From the NCBI GenBank assembly GCA_010909165.1, contig MU008200.1, positions 124,001 to 188,000 on the forward strand: a stretch of DNA of 64,000 nucleotides, written 5' to 3'. The translations under genes and the position numbers were made by a program. Within the stretch, counting starts at the first letter, position 1. Each line of letters begins with the position of its first letter. This document shows, one piece after another, positions 11,960 to 24,800 of this stretch. The notes below the pieces were generated by a model. It was not told the DNA's origin. It searched no databases and saw only the letters and a program-made list of their open reading frames with translations. Source of the stretch: Anthoceros angustus. Lineage: Eukaryota > Plantae > Anthocerotophyta.

Positions 11960-14578
11960 ATGATATTCGTCCTAGCATTATTTGGTCTTCTTTCCATTCA
12001 GTTGCAGCTCCGAGCTGGCGGAGCGCAACATACCTATCCACCACCCACCGCCATCGACATGGACCATGCTAGCCTCAAGGCATTTCTTATGAATCAAACA
12101 TTGGATGTGGAGCAGGTGGCTAATCCCTGTAACTGGTCTGTGTGGGTGCAGTGTAAGTATGTCCCAAAAACGAATGGAGAGAGGAGGATTCGGAAACTTA
12201 CCATATCTGGAGCCCGGCTCAATGGGAGCATCCCAGCGGGCACTATCGGCAATCTTAAGGCGCTTGAGTACCTTAACCTCTCTCACAATTCTCTGCTGGG
12301 TACGATTCCGGAGGATCTGTGGGGCCTTCCGAACCTGAGTTCCTTGGACCTTGCAGAAAATAGGTTGGTCGGTAGTCTTTCTCCTCTTGTAGGGAAAGCG
12401 TGGTCTCTTCGCACTCTTGATCTCTCAGCCAATATGTTGAATGGACCCATTCCTTTGGAGATAGGTTATCTATCAGATCTTCAGCATCTAAACGTTGGAA
12501 GAAATCCACTGGGAGGCTTTATACCTCCAGAGCTCTTCAATTGCACAAGGCTGAAGAACTTGGATTTATCGGAAGCAAACCTCCAAGGTCCAATTCCTCG
12601 TGCTCTTGGGGACCTATTTTCTCTTCGTGATGTCAACCTGTCTGGTAATTCACTGACGGGCCCGGTTCCAGATATGTCAAGACTTCAAAGGCTGACATCG
12701 TTCTCAGTGTCAAGTAATGTTCTATCTGGAGGATTGCCGACAAACGTGTCTGGTAGTTTAAGGACCCTAGATCTCAGTGCGAATGGCTTTGAGGATGTGA
12801 TCTCTAACCTCCCACATAGCTGGCTTTTGCTTGAGTACCTTGATCTGTCATTTAATCCTGGTCTGGGTGCTGGCGGGTTCCCTTTGAATCTAGGAAGCCT
12901 TTCAGCTCTTAGATATCTTAGCATTTCATGGAGTAGCTTTTCTGCAGGTACTTTCCCTGCAATCTTTGAGCTTCTGAACCTGACATACCTGGACTTGGCG
13001 TCATGTAATCTTGTTGGGAATTTGCCTGCTGACCTGGATAAATTAACGAACCTTGGAGCTTTGAATCTCTCAGAGAACAATCTATCAGGTGTCATCCCTA
13101 TCCAGTTGGGCAGTTTGTCACAGCTTACAAGTCTTGATCTCTCACACAATAGTCTATGTGGATCTATTCCCTCGCAACTTGCTAACTTGACTTTGCTAAC
13201 CAACGTCGACCTGTCTTTTAACAACCTAAGTGGACCCATTCTTCAACAATGGACAAGGTTTGATGACTCTTCGTTTGAAGGCAATCCTTTGCTCTGCAGT
13301 GGAAGGTGTCAGAGGGGTACTGCAGGTGCTCCTACTTTTTCTGGGGAGCCTGAAAGTCTGCTTCCACCAGCTTCACACCGTAGGCACCGTGTGAAAGCAG
13401 GAATTCTTGTGGGTATTGTTGTTGGCAGTCTTGCTTCTATTGTTGTGATGTTTGCTCTTCTGTGTTGGCATAGAAGAGCATTAAACAAGGCTACCGCATC
13501 AGGCTTGGTAGTCAGTCCTGAAGTTTCAACAATCTCTGAGCGTCATCTCCCAGCTCGGGATCCATTTTCTGTTGACTCAGGATCTTGGGTGACGGCAGTG
13601 AAGGACCCGAGCGCTGTCCCTGTGACATTTTTGGAGAAACCGCTCTTGAGGTTTACCCTTGCTGATCTTTATGCGGCTACCTCTACTTTTAGCAAGGACA
13701 CGCAAATATCAGAGGGGAGACATGGACCTGTGTACAAAGGGATTCTGGCAAACGGTGTCCTTGTGGCCATCAGGGTTCTATCTGACGGGGGATTCCATTC
13801 AGAGCAAGAAGCAGCTGCCCAGCTGGAAACGCTGGGCAGAGTAAGGCACACAAATTTGGTGCCCCTAGTTGGATATTGTGTGGTAGGCAAGCAGAGGCTA
13901 CTAATATATGATTTCATAGTGAATGGAGATCTACATAGGCGACTGCATGACCTGCCCGAGGGGATATCCAACATCGAGGACTGGAGCATGGATACTTGGG
14001 AGCAATTGGAGGGAGATGCCTGTGGGGATACCTTTGAGTGGCATTTAAGACACAAAATTGCTCTTGGTCTGGCTAGAGCCTTGGCATTCCTGCACCATGC
14101 ATGCTCGCCTCACATAATTCACTGTGCAGTCAACTGCTGCAACGTCCTGCTGGACTGCAATCATGAGCCCTATCTTGCAGATTGTGGACTTCTCAGTTTG
14201 AGGACTGCAGGAGACCGCAGTTTTTGTGCTACCCAAAGTACTCCTGGGTATATCCCACCTGAGTACGCACAAACTTCTGAACCAAGTACAAGAGGAGATG
14301 TGTACAGCTTTGGGGTCGTTTTGCTAGAACTTGTTACAGGTAGACGGCCAACTGGACTTGTCTCCTACGACAGCTGTGAAGGGAATCTGGTCGGCTGGGT
14401 GCGATCTCTGATTCGTGAAAATCAAGGATATAGGGCTTTGGATCCTAAGGTTACGCGCGCCGGACCACTGCCAGAAATGCTGGAGGCGTTGAGAATTGGT
14501 TACCTGTGCACCGCGGATGTACCATCCAAGAGGCCCTCAATGCATCAGGTGGTCAGGCTTTTGAAAGATATCCAGTGA
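11960..14578 (+). CDS. LRR receptor-like kinase, At2g24230/At5g58150-like; single exon; probable pseudokinase
   Basis: Signal peptide MIFVLALFGLLSIQLQLRAGG from ATG 11960 (ORF track starts at a TTG, 11753); about a dozen plant LRRs (LxxLxLSxNxLxGxIP); TM segment AGILVGIVVGSLASIVVMFALLCW; juxtamembrane SWVTAVKDPSAVPVTFLEKPLLRFTLADL recognised from At2g24230; kinase fold to the stop. Confidence 0.93.
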   Translation: MIFVLALFGLLSIQLQLRAGGAQHTYPPPTAIDMDHASLKAFLMNQTLDVEQVANPCNWSVWVQCKYVPKTNGERRIRKLTISGARLNGSIPAGTIGNLKALEYLNLSHNSLLGTIPEDLWGLPNLSSLDLAENRLVGSLSPLVGKAWSLRTLDLSANMLNGPIPLEIGYLSDLQHLNVGRNPLGGFIPPELFNCTRLKNLDLSEANLQGPIPRALGDLFSLRDVNLSGNSLTGPVPDMSRLQRLTSFSVSSNVLSGGLPTNVSGSLRTLDLSANGFEDVISNLPHSWLLLEYLDLSFNPGLGAGGFPLNLGSLSALRYLSISWSSFSAGTFPAIFELLNLTYLDLASCNLVGNLPADLDKLTNLGALNLSENNLSGVIPIQLGSLSQLTSLDLSHNSLCGSIPSQLANLTLLTNVDLSFNNLSGPILQQWTRFDDSSFEGNPLLCSGRCQRGTAGAPTFSGEPESLLPPASHRRHRVKAGILVGIVVGSLASIVVMFALLCWHRRALNKATASGLVVSPEVSTISERHLPARDPFSVDSGSWVTAVKDPSAVPVTFLEKPLLRFTLADLYAATSTFSKDTQISEGRHGPVYKGILANGVLVAIRVLSDGGFHSEQEAAAQLETLGRVRHTNLVPLVGYCVVGKQRLLIYDFIVNGDLHRRLHDLPEGISNIEDWSMDTWEQLEGDACGDTFEWHLRHKIALGLARALAFLHHACSPHIIHCAVNCCNVLLDCNHEPYLADCGLLSLRTAGDRSFCATQSTPGYIPPEYAQTSEPSTRGDVYSFGVVLLELVTGRRPTGLVSYDSCEGNLVGWVRSLIRENQGYRALDPKVTRAGPLPEMLEALRIGYLCTADVPSKRPSMHQVVRLLKDIQ

Positions 14579-15836
14579 GATGTTTCCAAGTGTCTTGGGA
14601 GTACCTAATAAGAGAAACATTTCTAACGTTTCAACGTGTGGTTATCTTGGATGACGGTGGTCTTGCCGGTATAATGTGGTGCACTCCTTCTGTTCTAACA
14701 TCAGCCTAAAGCACATCATGCTTCGCTACTGCCCAGCGCATCAGCATGCGGGTTGTCCCGTCTTCAAGGATGTTCGGTTCGTCCGAAGACCCGCAAGTGG
14801 TGCAGGAACGTATACTTACAGTCCACTAGAAAATGTGTACATGCCTGGAGTGGTGGACCTAATGTAGACACTTACATATCACCAAAGTAGAACTGCAATC
14901 AATCGTGGTGCAATCAATCCGCTGTAAAACAAATCAATCAAAACTGTCCGTGCCGCCATGCTGTCAGTGTCCCCACAGCCAGGAGCCGAGGATGAATGCC
15001 TTTACTTATTTGCTCCTATGGCGGTGCAACTGATTTTAAGTCGGGAAATTTGAATTTATTTCGCGAGCAACCTGATCTTGTGTGCATGCTGTGGTGGAGA
15101 AGCTTTGCAACCTCATTGCCCGTTGTCAATCATACCTCGGCCTACGTTTCTGTGAGCCTGAGTGGCATGAGGATTGGGGCCAGGGGCCAGCTATGTAGGA
15201 CGTAGAATGTTCGCTAGTGTTATGCACCAGCTACTTCCAGCAGCAGCTCAACAGCTTTCACAAACCACGGTTCCAATGACAGCTGGAATAGCAGCAGAGC
15301 ATTTTGACAAACTGGTCAGATCTGGTACTGGGCCGCTGAAGCGATCACAGGAGCTTTTCCGGCACAGCGCGACAGCTACCTTCGCGTTCATCACTTTTGG
15401 GCTTTCACAGCGAGACTGTTTGCTTCCGGGCGGAAGGGCGGGCTCGTCTTTTCACTTTTCCATATTACCGTGGCCTTCGAGGAAAGAATTATGTGATTGG
15501 TAAAATGGAAATATATAAAATTGACCTCCCATTTTCCGACCGTTTCCATCGCTCTTCAAATAAAGGTCCTGGTCTCCAAGTTTGCACTACTGCGCGTAGC
15601 AGAGCGAGTCGAGGGATCCAGCTTTTCGGGTGCACCAGCAGTGGGTAGATACCGCCCTATATAGACCGTACCGAGTGTTACAGCCAAGTTCGAGCTGGAA
15701 ACCGTGTATGTTGTGTGTGTTTCAGTCTCAAGGCGCCCATCCGCGGAGGGCCCCTCGTGGTGATCGTCCCCGTGCAACTAGCTCGCCCATGCTTTTTCTT
15801 GCACTAGACAGTCATTGATTGCTCAGTCTTGTTGAA

Positions 15837-18800
15837 ATGTCGGAAGATGAGAAGATTCTCAAGGAAGCCAAGAAGTTGTCATGGGAGGATAGGCTGGGAC
15901 ACAAAAATTGGAAAGTTAGGAACGATGCCAACATTGATCTTGCCGCTTTGTGCGAGACCATTCTCGATCCGAAAGACCCCCGATTGAAAGAGTTTGGTGA
16001 GTGCCAGGCTTTCCACCGTCGGCGCCCTAACATGTCCTGACATCTATTGGTGAATAATACTCTGATTATCGGTTGTGGCATTCCTGCAAACTCATCCTAG
16101 CTTGCGGTGCAGGACCCTTGTTCAAGAAAGCCGTGTCAGACTCAAATGCCCCTGCGCAGGAGAAGGCTCTGGATGCAGTCATTGCATATCTCAAAGCTGC
16201 TGATGTTGATGCTGCCAGGCATGATACTCTTACAACCCTTTGCCCGAGATTGATTGCAGCTTTGTTGGAGTGACTTCCTGGAGCAAAATTGGAGGTTCTG
16301 AATTTGTTTAATGCACATTTCTTGTTGATTTCCTTCCCCACATCTTGGTGAGCTGTGGGTTTACTTCTCTCGTATATCACTTGATGTAAGGATCCTAAGC
16401 CACCGATCCGCTTGCAGGTATGCGAAGGAAATATGTGATGCCATTGTGGGGAAGTGTCTCACTGGCCGTCCTAAGACAATTGAGAAGGCACAGGCTGTCT
16501 TTTTGCTGTGGGTTGAACTGGAGGCTGCAGATATTTTTCTGGTAACTATTGTAATATTCGTGCATGTATTCTAACATCTCATCTTCCCGATTACATGGGA
16601 CACCTTGCGTTCATTGCAATATGCAGAACACCAGATCCTATTGTTAATAGATATTTTGAATTGGCCTAGTGGTGGTCTTTGACCTTATATCTGGGCTATT
16701 TAACGTGAATCAGTTGCTAGTTTTGTTGCTGATCTGTTTGGGCTTGATGTTGCAGGATGCTATGGAGAAAGCTGTAAAGAACAAGGTTGCAAAAGCTGTT
16801 GTACCAGCCATTGATGCGATGTATCAGGCTATTAGGTATTGAGCACATCTTTGTGCTCTTGAGTCTTGTCAAGTATGTCCCTGGCTTGTCCAGGTTTGTG
16901 AATCTTATAGAGCCAGCTTTCTGGTTGTGGTTTAATGCTTCTCCCCCCTTGTATAACTTTCTGCTTGCACTCTTGTTCACAGTTTGTTTGGCACAAAAGT
17001 TGTTCCTCCGAAGAAAATCTTGAAGATGCTTCCAGACCTTTTCGATCATCAAGATCAAAATGTTAGAGCCTGTGCCAAGGGATTGACAATTGAGATGTGC
17101 CGCTGGATTGGCAAGGACATAGTGAAGTCAATCTTGTTTGAGAAAATGAGGGACACGATGGTATGTTCTGCATATGTGGGTTGTGTTCATCGCTCCTCTC
17201 TGCTGTCTGGTTTTAAACATACATATGGTACGAACTACATATCTGGCCGAGATGCCTGTATGTGCTTTTGAAGCTGTTCTTGTTGAACTCTGTAGAAAAA
17301 GGAGCTGGAAGCTGAGGTGGATGCAGTCACTGGAGTTTCCAAGCCTTCACGGAAGATTAGGTCAGTGAGCTGCAAATTCCAAGAGCGTATGTCTGGGCAT
17401 TTTCGGTGAGATGGGATTTTTTCATATGTTGAACTGTCTCCTGCACTAGGTCAGAGCAGGAGAAGGAACTTGAACTAGAGCCTGTTGTTGAGTGTCCACA
17501 AGCCGGACACATAGATGATTCACCTATTGGGGGTATGGTCTCATCCGTATTCTTGCAGCCTGGTTGCCTCATATCACGTGGGATTCACATTATGCTCCTT
17601 ATGCATCGTTTTTTGTGCCAGGCTCGCCAAATGTTGACGAGTATGAGCTTGTCGATCCTGTGGATATTTTGACACAACTGGGCAAGTCCACCTTCTGGGA
17701 AGGAGTAGTAAGTAGTGTGGTTATTGTAGTCCAAATGAAAGTTTTGTGCATGAAGCTGGGAAGCTTGTTGTATGATAGCTACAGTCCATTATTGGATGAG
17801 TATTCTGACTGGTTTGCAATACCTTCGTGGTATGCCATACTGTGAAGCCAGACCTGCCATCTAATTTCTGCTGTAATTTACGTTTCAGAAAGCCTCAAAG
17901 TGGTCTGAGCGGCGTGATGCTGTTGGGGAACTAACCAAGCTTGCCTCAGTGAAAAGGCTTGGAGCTGGTGACTATGCTGAAGTTTGTCGGACTTTGAAAA
18001 AAGTGTGTGAATTATTTTCTTTAGTATCTCAAAGAGAATTACTTTCAGTTGGAGGCTTTGACGTCTCCAGCTGTGCTTGATGGGCTTGTAGATCTTTGTG
18101 GTTTGTCATCTGCTATGTCAAAATCTTACTAATTTTGACGCAGCTGTCTGTATGTAACATGGGCACAAATGAACAATACAAGTTGACTGGAGTTGTTTGG
18201 GTTTGTCTCAGCTTATTATGGATGTGAACATAGCTGTCGCTGTGGAAGCAGTTCAAGCAGCTGGCAATTTGGCAAGGGGACTCCGCAAGGACTTCGCGAG
18301 TGGTGCAAGGCTGTTGCTTCCCCTTTTGCTGGTACTATACCCCCCCTGTATAGCTGTTTCCTTCAGGTAAGATCCGGCAATATTACATTGCTAATCTTTG
18401 TAATATTTGTATCAGGATAAGCTGAAAGAGAAGAAGCAAGTGATGGTTGATGCTCTGTCCCAAACACTTCAAGCATTGCACAAAGGCGGTTGCATACAGC
18501 TATTGGACATTGTTGAAGGTACTCACATCCTTATTGGTAGTTTAATTTCTTGGCTGGTTTCAACTCTTGCATACTGAGTGATTCTGGTCGGCATGTACTG
18601 GCAGAGATAAGGTCACTATTGATTGACAGCATTATACAGAAGCAAGTGGATTGATGTATTGATGCATCTGGCCTGATGACATGTGCAGAGGTGAAGGTTG
18701 CAACAAAGAATAAAGTGCCCTCTGTGAGGTCACTGTGTCTGACTTGGCTTACGTTCTGCATAGAAACAAGCAGCAAGGCTCTTGTGTTAAAGCTGCACAA

Positions 18801-21800
18801 GGACTATGTGCCTATTCTGATGGAGGTTAGCAATGCCCTCCTGGCCAAAAGATGATTTCTCTTTTCTGTGCAGGTGTAGCTGTATGCCGTGGTGTCCATA
18901 TGCATATGTCACTAATTCTGTGTTGATAATGAGGGATCTTTTTGTAGTGCCTTACGGATGGGACACCTGAAGTTCGTGATGCAGCTTTTTCTGCCCTTGC
19001 TGCTGTTGCAAAGGTAAGAAGGTGAACATTATTGTAGAATGTTTGAAGGGATCCAGGGGCGGATGAGAATGGTTGTTTTCTCTTTCTTGGTTGGGAAATC
19101 CATGGGCTATAGTAGAAAGGATGTGTTTGTCCTTGTGAAGGCTTTGACCCTGTAAATCTTAACAGTCAGTAGGAATGCGACCCTTGGAGAGATCTCTGGA
19201 AAAACTTGATGAAGTACGGAGAAAAAAACTCATAGAAATGATTGGTTCAAATGAAGGAGGTGCTCCCTCCACCTCAGGTGCAGGTACCCGTCACTGATGG
19301 TTCAGCTTGTTTTCTTTGAAGCTGATTCTTACTTCTTACTGCTGCTGTTTTCACTTTTGTACACATGCAACGGACAGTGTCTGCCAGAGTTGGATCTGCC
19401 AATCCAGGGGCTTCTGATGAGGTGGATATTGTGGGGTGACCATTCTGTGCCAGTGTTGAAATACTGTAGAGTAAGCTAATTGGAGCTGTGGCAGGCTGTG
19501 GGTGCTGTGCCAAAGAAGTCGGCTGCAAGCCTACTGACGGGGAAAAAGTTGGCTTCTGGTACTGCAGCAAGTGTAAGCCTGCTATTCCTTCTATTCCTCC
19601 CAAATCCATGCTAACCTGTTGATAGACATCTGCTTCATCTCACAAGTCTCTCTTCCTTTTAATAGAGCACAAAGAGGAGTGCACCAGTCAGGCCCAGCAC
19701 CGCAAAGAAATCAGATGTTGTAGGAAAACATCTTCCAGCAGCTGAGCCGCTCGAGGATCTTGAGGTATGGTTCGCAAAAGAGCCTCATAACAGAAGCTGA
19801 TGATGGCTGGGGATTCTTTTGAGGTTTCTGTGCCTGGGTATCTGCTGTTCGGGTTATCCATCCATTGCATGAAATGGAACCTTGGGCGTGTGACAGCCCG
19901 GTTGCATAAGCTTAGAAGAAATTGAAGCCCGAGTGGGAAGTCTCCTGGAGATGGATGTGCTTTTGAAGTTGAAGAGTTCAAACTGGAAAGAAAGGCTGGA
20001 AGGTGAATCGGCAATATTACAAGTTTTTGTGGTTCTAATTTTGCTTCTTGGTTGCATAAGCCCGGTTGCGTAGGCCTTCTTGGTTGCACAACACTGATTC
20101 AGTGTTGTGCTGTGTAGCAATTACTGTCTTCAAGGCAATGGTGGAAGGTCTAGATGATGTACAGCAACATGCTGAATTACTTATTCGGCTCATTTGCTTG
20201 TTGCCCGGCTGGTCTGAGAAGAATGTCCAGGTCATCTTCAAATTTGTGCTGAAGCTTGAAACTTTGTAGCTGTGTTTTTATGTAGATTCTAATCTGTGGC
20301 AATGTACTCTAACTGGTTTCCTTTTGGCTCTCTCTGGGTTCATTGGTTCGCAATTCAGTTTTCAAGTTCATCAGGGTAAACTGAAGTCTTGGAAGTTTGG
20401 CAAAATTATTATGTCCTCACAGCAGTACTGTTGTTCTTGTGGGTTGCAGGTCCAGCAAAAAGCAATTGAAATCATCACACATATCGCTCAAAACTCGCTT
20501 TTTTCAAAGCGCTGCGTAGTTCTGTGCGTTGCAGGTGGGTGTATACTTAGGATTTGGTCCCCAAGGAGGTCGGCGGGCTCAAATGCTTGTCGGGCATCCT
20601 GGCGTAGTCAATAACATATCAAGCTGCCAAGATGTTGCAGGAGTGGCTGAGAGGGTCTGTGATGTGAAGACTCGGCTGCAAGCTACGAAGTGCCTGACAG
20701 TGTTTTGTGAATCTGTTGGCCCTCAATTTGTGTTTGACAGGGTATGTTAGTAATATTTCACTTCTGCTCTTATGTCTCATTTTTGTAGTGCTTTTCATAG
20801 CTTTCCTGCACCTTTTGTTGTTGTGTCTGTCATTTGCTTTACACGCTTTCCTTGCTCCTGTGTACAGTTGTTTAAAATCATCAAGGACCATAAGAATCCC
20901 AAAGTGCTCAGTGAGTGCGTGTTATGGCTGGTCAGTGCAGTCGATGACTTTGGAGTTGCACAAATCAAGCTTAAGGTCTGCATGAAGTCCTACTTTGGGA
21001 TTTTTATCAGATATGAGGTAGAGAGAGTGTGCTCATAGGGTTGAAGAACATCCAGTGACTGCTACTCTATGGGTGGCAATGACCTCCTCTGAACACAATG
21101 AAATAGTGTTGAAGAGGTTGCTGTGGGAAGTTAGTTCCCGCTTATTCCTTAACTGCTTATTCCCTAACCTGTTTGTTTCCCAGGACTTGATAGACTTCTG
21201 TAAGGATGTTGGTCTGCAGTCAAGTGCTGCTGCAAGCAGAAATGCGACTGTCAAGCTGATTGGCATCCTGCACAAATTCGTTGGTCCAGGTACGCCACAC
21301 GAAAGTGGTAGTCTCAGTTGACATCTGTCTCGGCTTTCTTCCCATGCTGATTCTGTGCTAATATTACAAACAGATATAAAAGTCTTCCTGTCCGACGTGA
21401 AACCTGCTCTTCAAAGTGCTTTGGACACTGAATACGAGAAGAACCCGTACGAGGTATATTTTCTCTGTTCCCCGTTCTTGTAATTGTGCCTTTGATGGTA
21501 TAGTCTGCAGTTCAGGGTTTGCTGCTAGGGCCCCACTGACTTGGATAATGGCAGGGGCCTGTATCGGCTCCAAGGAGGGCTGTTCGAGCCCTGGATCCTG
21601 ATGTTGTGTCTGCTGGAGGTGGAAGTGATAGTCTGCCTCGGGAAGACATCAGCGGAAAGCTGACTGCTAGTTTGTTGAAGAATCTTAGCTGTCCAGAGTG
21701 GAAAGTAAGCTACCTCAAAAGCCTTTTCTCCGCTGTGCTGCAGATGCATGCTTGCCAGCACTATTGGACCTATTTTGGCTTCCATTCCCTTTTGTGAGTT

Positions 21801-24800
21801 GTGCTGTACTTTGAGAACAGAAGTACATTCTAAGTCTTGATGTTGGCCTTTTCTTAAGGTTCGTCAAGAGTCAATAGAGGCCATCAATAGAATCATTGAG
21901 GAGTCTCATAGAAGGATTCAAGTGACTGGGACAGGTATGGTTTGTTCTAAATTATGACAGAATGCTGGCTACCCTTTATTTCACTCGATAAATTGAAGTC
22001 TTGTGATGTTTGCGAAATAGTGTAGCAGGCCAGCAATTTTCTGAGGTTCCTGAGCTAGGTGGAATAAAATTCATTTTTTGTTTTCATACCAGGTGAATTG
22101 TTTGGAGCGCTTAAAGCTCGATTGAGTGATTCCAACAAGAATCTGATCATCATGTCTCTGTCAACTATTGGGAGCCTAGCATCAGCCATGGGGCCTGCGA
22201 TTGAAAAGAGTAGTAAGGTTCGCTCACTCACAACATTGGGTCTACTTAGTGCTAGTGGTTAATGTCTTAGCTTACTATTTTTGGTGTCCCTTCTGTGCAG
22301 GGTATCCTCTCTGATGTCCTAAAATGTCTTTCTGACAACAAAAAGTTGGTACGAGAAGCTGTTGTGAAGACCCTTGACATGTGGATCATGATAGTGTCAC
22401 TGGATAAGATGGTATGTAGGTCGTTCTGTTTCCCCTGTTGAGAGATGATTTTCTATGGAGCTCTAGCAGCTGAAATTTTCTTTGTTACAGCTTCCATGTC
22501 TCATGCCCACTATCACGGATTCCAAAGTATGTGCGGATGGGAGGAGGGATCTGTATGACTGGCTGACAAGGCAAATCGCAAAACCAGCTAATCAGCTTGA
22601 TTTGATTCAGTTGGTAAAACCAATCTCTCAAGGGCTGCAGGTAGTTATCTGTCTGTTTTGAATTTCTCCTGTAACTTCCTCATGCCTTCTTGTTGCTTAT
22701 CCTCATCTGCCTTTTTTTTCATCAGGACAAGTCTGCAGACGTGCGTAGGGCAGCTGAAGCATGCCTTATTCAGATGCTTACCACAAGTGGGGCTGACATG
22801 GTAGGCCTTGTGAATGGATGTTTCTCTCTCCTATGTGTTGGAAGTGGACCTTGTTGTGAGACACTTTTTGAGACGCTGCAGGTTGCAAAGATCAGTAGGG
22901 AGCTGCAAGGAACAGCTCTAGCAGCAGTGCAGCCAATCTTAGAACGATATAAATCTCCAGGTATTGCCGTTCATGTCCCCATCTTGCACCATGAGAAGTC
23001 CTTTCTACTGAACAGTGCATCAACATTCCAGCTGCTGCTGAGGAAGCATCCCAGACTCTGAAGGGAGGGAAGGGCCTTGTCAACAAGTCTGGAAAGCAGG
23101 TTTCAATTGCCACCGGAGATCGGCCACCTAGCAGAGGAGGTCCTGCAGGACCATTACGAGCTTCATCAGTGAGTACATTTTACGGGAGTATGCAGATCTG
23201 TTTAATGACCTGGTTGCGTAGGCTTATAAACTTTTTTACTTCTCAGAAAACACCATCCCTAAAGGTTTCCAGGCAAGCATCAGCAGGAGCAGCTCAAGAT
23301 GCTGCTGTTCTAGGACAGTCATTGTTCCATGTAAAGGACTCTAATAAGGTGAGGTGGCTGTTCTGTCACAGTTTGTGTGTTGAGATGCTCTCACGTCATT
23401 TGCTATTCAATAGGTTTGGCATGTTGAAACAACTTCAGCTCTAAATTCTCTTGAGTCTACTTACATTAAAACTTTACTTTTAGGAGGACCGAGAAAGGTT
23501 AATCCCACGCAAGACAAAGTTTGAAGAGCTTAGACCTGATCAAATACAGGACCTTGAGGTAAATACAGTCTAGAGGTCACGACATGATTAAGCATTACAA
23601 TGATGACAGACCACAGACATTTGGCTATTCAAAAACTTTTTTTGTAAAGTTTCTGTTTCGAATATTGAATTTGACGTCCAGTGGCGGATGCGGTGCAGAA
23701 TGACATGACTAAGCATTTCCGAGAAGACTTACATCAAAAACTTTTGAGTCCAGATTTTAAGAAGCAGGTGGATGGTCTTGAGCTGCTTCAGAAGGTGGGT
23801 CCTCCCAGAAATTTTCATGAACTCTGGGTTCACCATTAAAGGTTATGTTCCCATAGCACGCGATTTGGAACAAGCTTGCTTTCTCCATCTTCCACTCCGT
23901 TGTCACGGTAATGGCGGCATCTTTTGGGTTGAGTAGGCAATTGCTTCACATATCAAGGAGATCACAGAAGTTATTGATATCCTTCTGCGCTGGGCAGTTC
24001 TACGGTTTTGCGAGTCAAATACTACCTGCCTTCTGAAGGTGTGTCCTGCTGTTGTACCACAAAGGCAGTCTGATTAGGTAGATTTGGCAAGATTCCATCT
24101 TGTTATGCAGGTAAGCTTGTGTTCAACAGGTTTTGGAGCTGCTTCCGGAGTTGGTGGAAGCGTTGAAGAATGAAGGATACACCTTGACTGAGTATGAATC
24201 AAGTGTGCTCCTTCCTTGCTTAGTTGAGAAGGTATGTACTGCCTTCTTGACACTGGAGAGTGGCTGCCATGTGTCGCCTCGGACATGTCTGGTTCTCCAG
24301 GCAGTGATTGTTTGGTTGCTTCTCAGGCTGGCCACAACATTGAAAAGGTTCGGGAGAGGATGAGAGAGCTTATGAAGACCCTTTGCTGTATCTATCCTGC
24401 TTCAAAAGTCTTTATGTTTGTGACTGAAGGGCTGCGCTCAAAAAATAATAGAACCAGAATAGAATGTGTTGATCACATCGGTGACATGATTGAGCGCTAT
24501 GGAATTGAGGTAAGCAACGGTTGTCACTTTAGACCCCACATGTTGTGGGAGCAAGGTGCTTGGTAACCATCTTCAAGTCTTTTTGGTGGCAGATTTGTGG
24601 TACCACAAAGGTTTTGCAAACAATAGCAGCTCTGACAACTGAGAGAGACAGTGAGATACGGAAAGCTGCTCTGCAAACCTTAGCTGTGACATACAAAATT
24701 TTGGGTATGCCGGTCAAGTCATGGCTCGAGGTTCTGCTTTTGTTACTCAACTTGCTGTGTGCTTAACCTATGGTTGAAGAGCTGACACTGTCTAAAAAAT

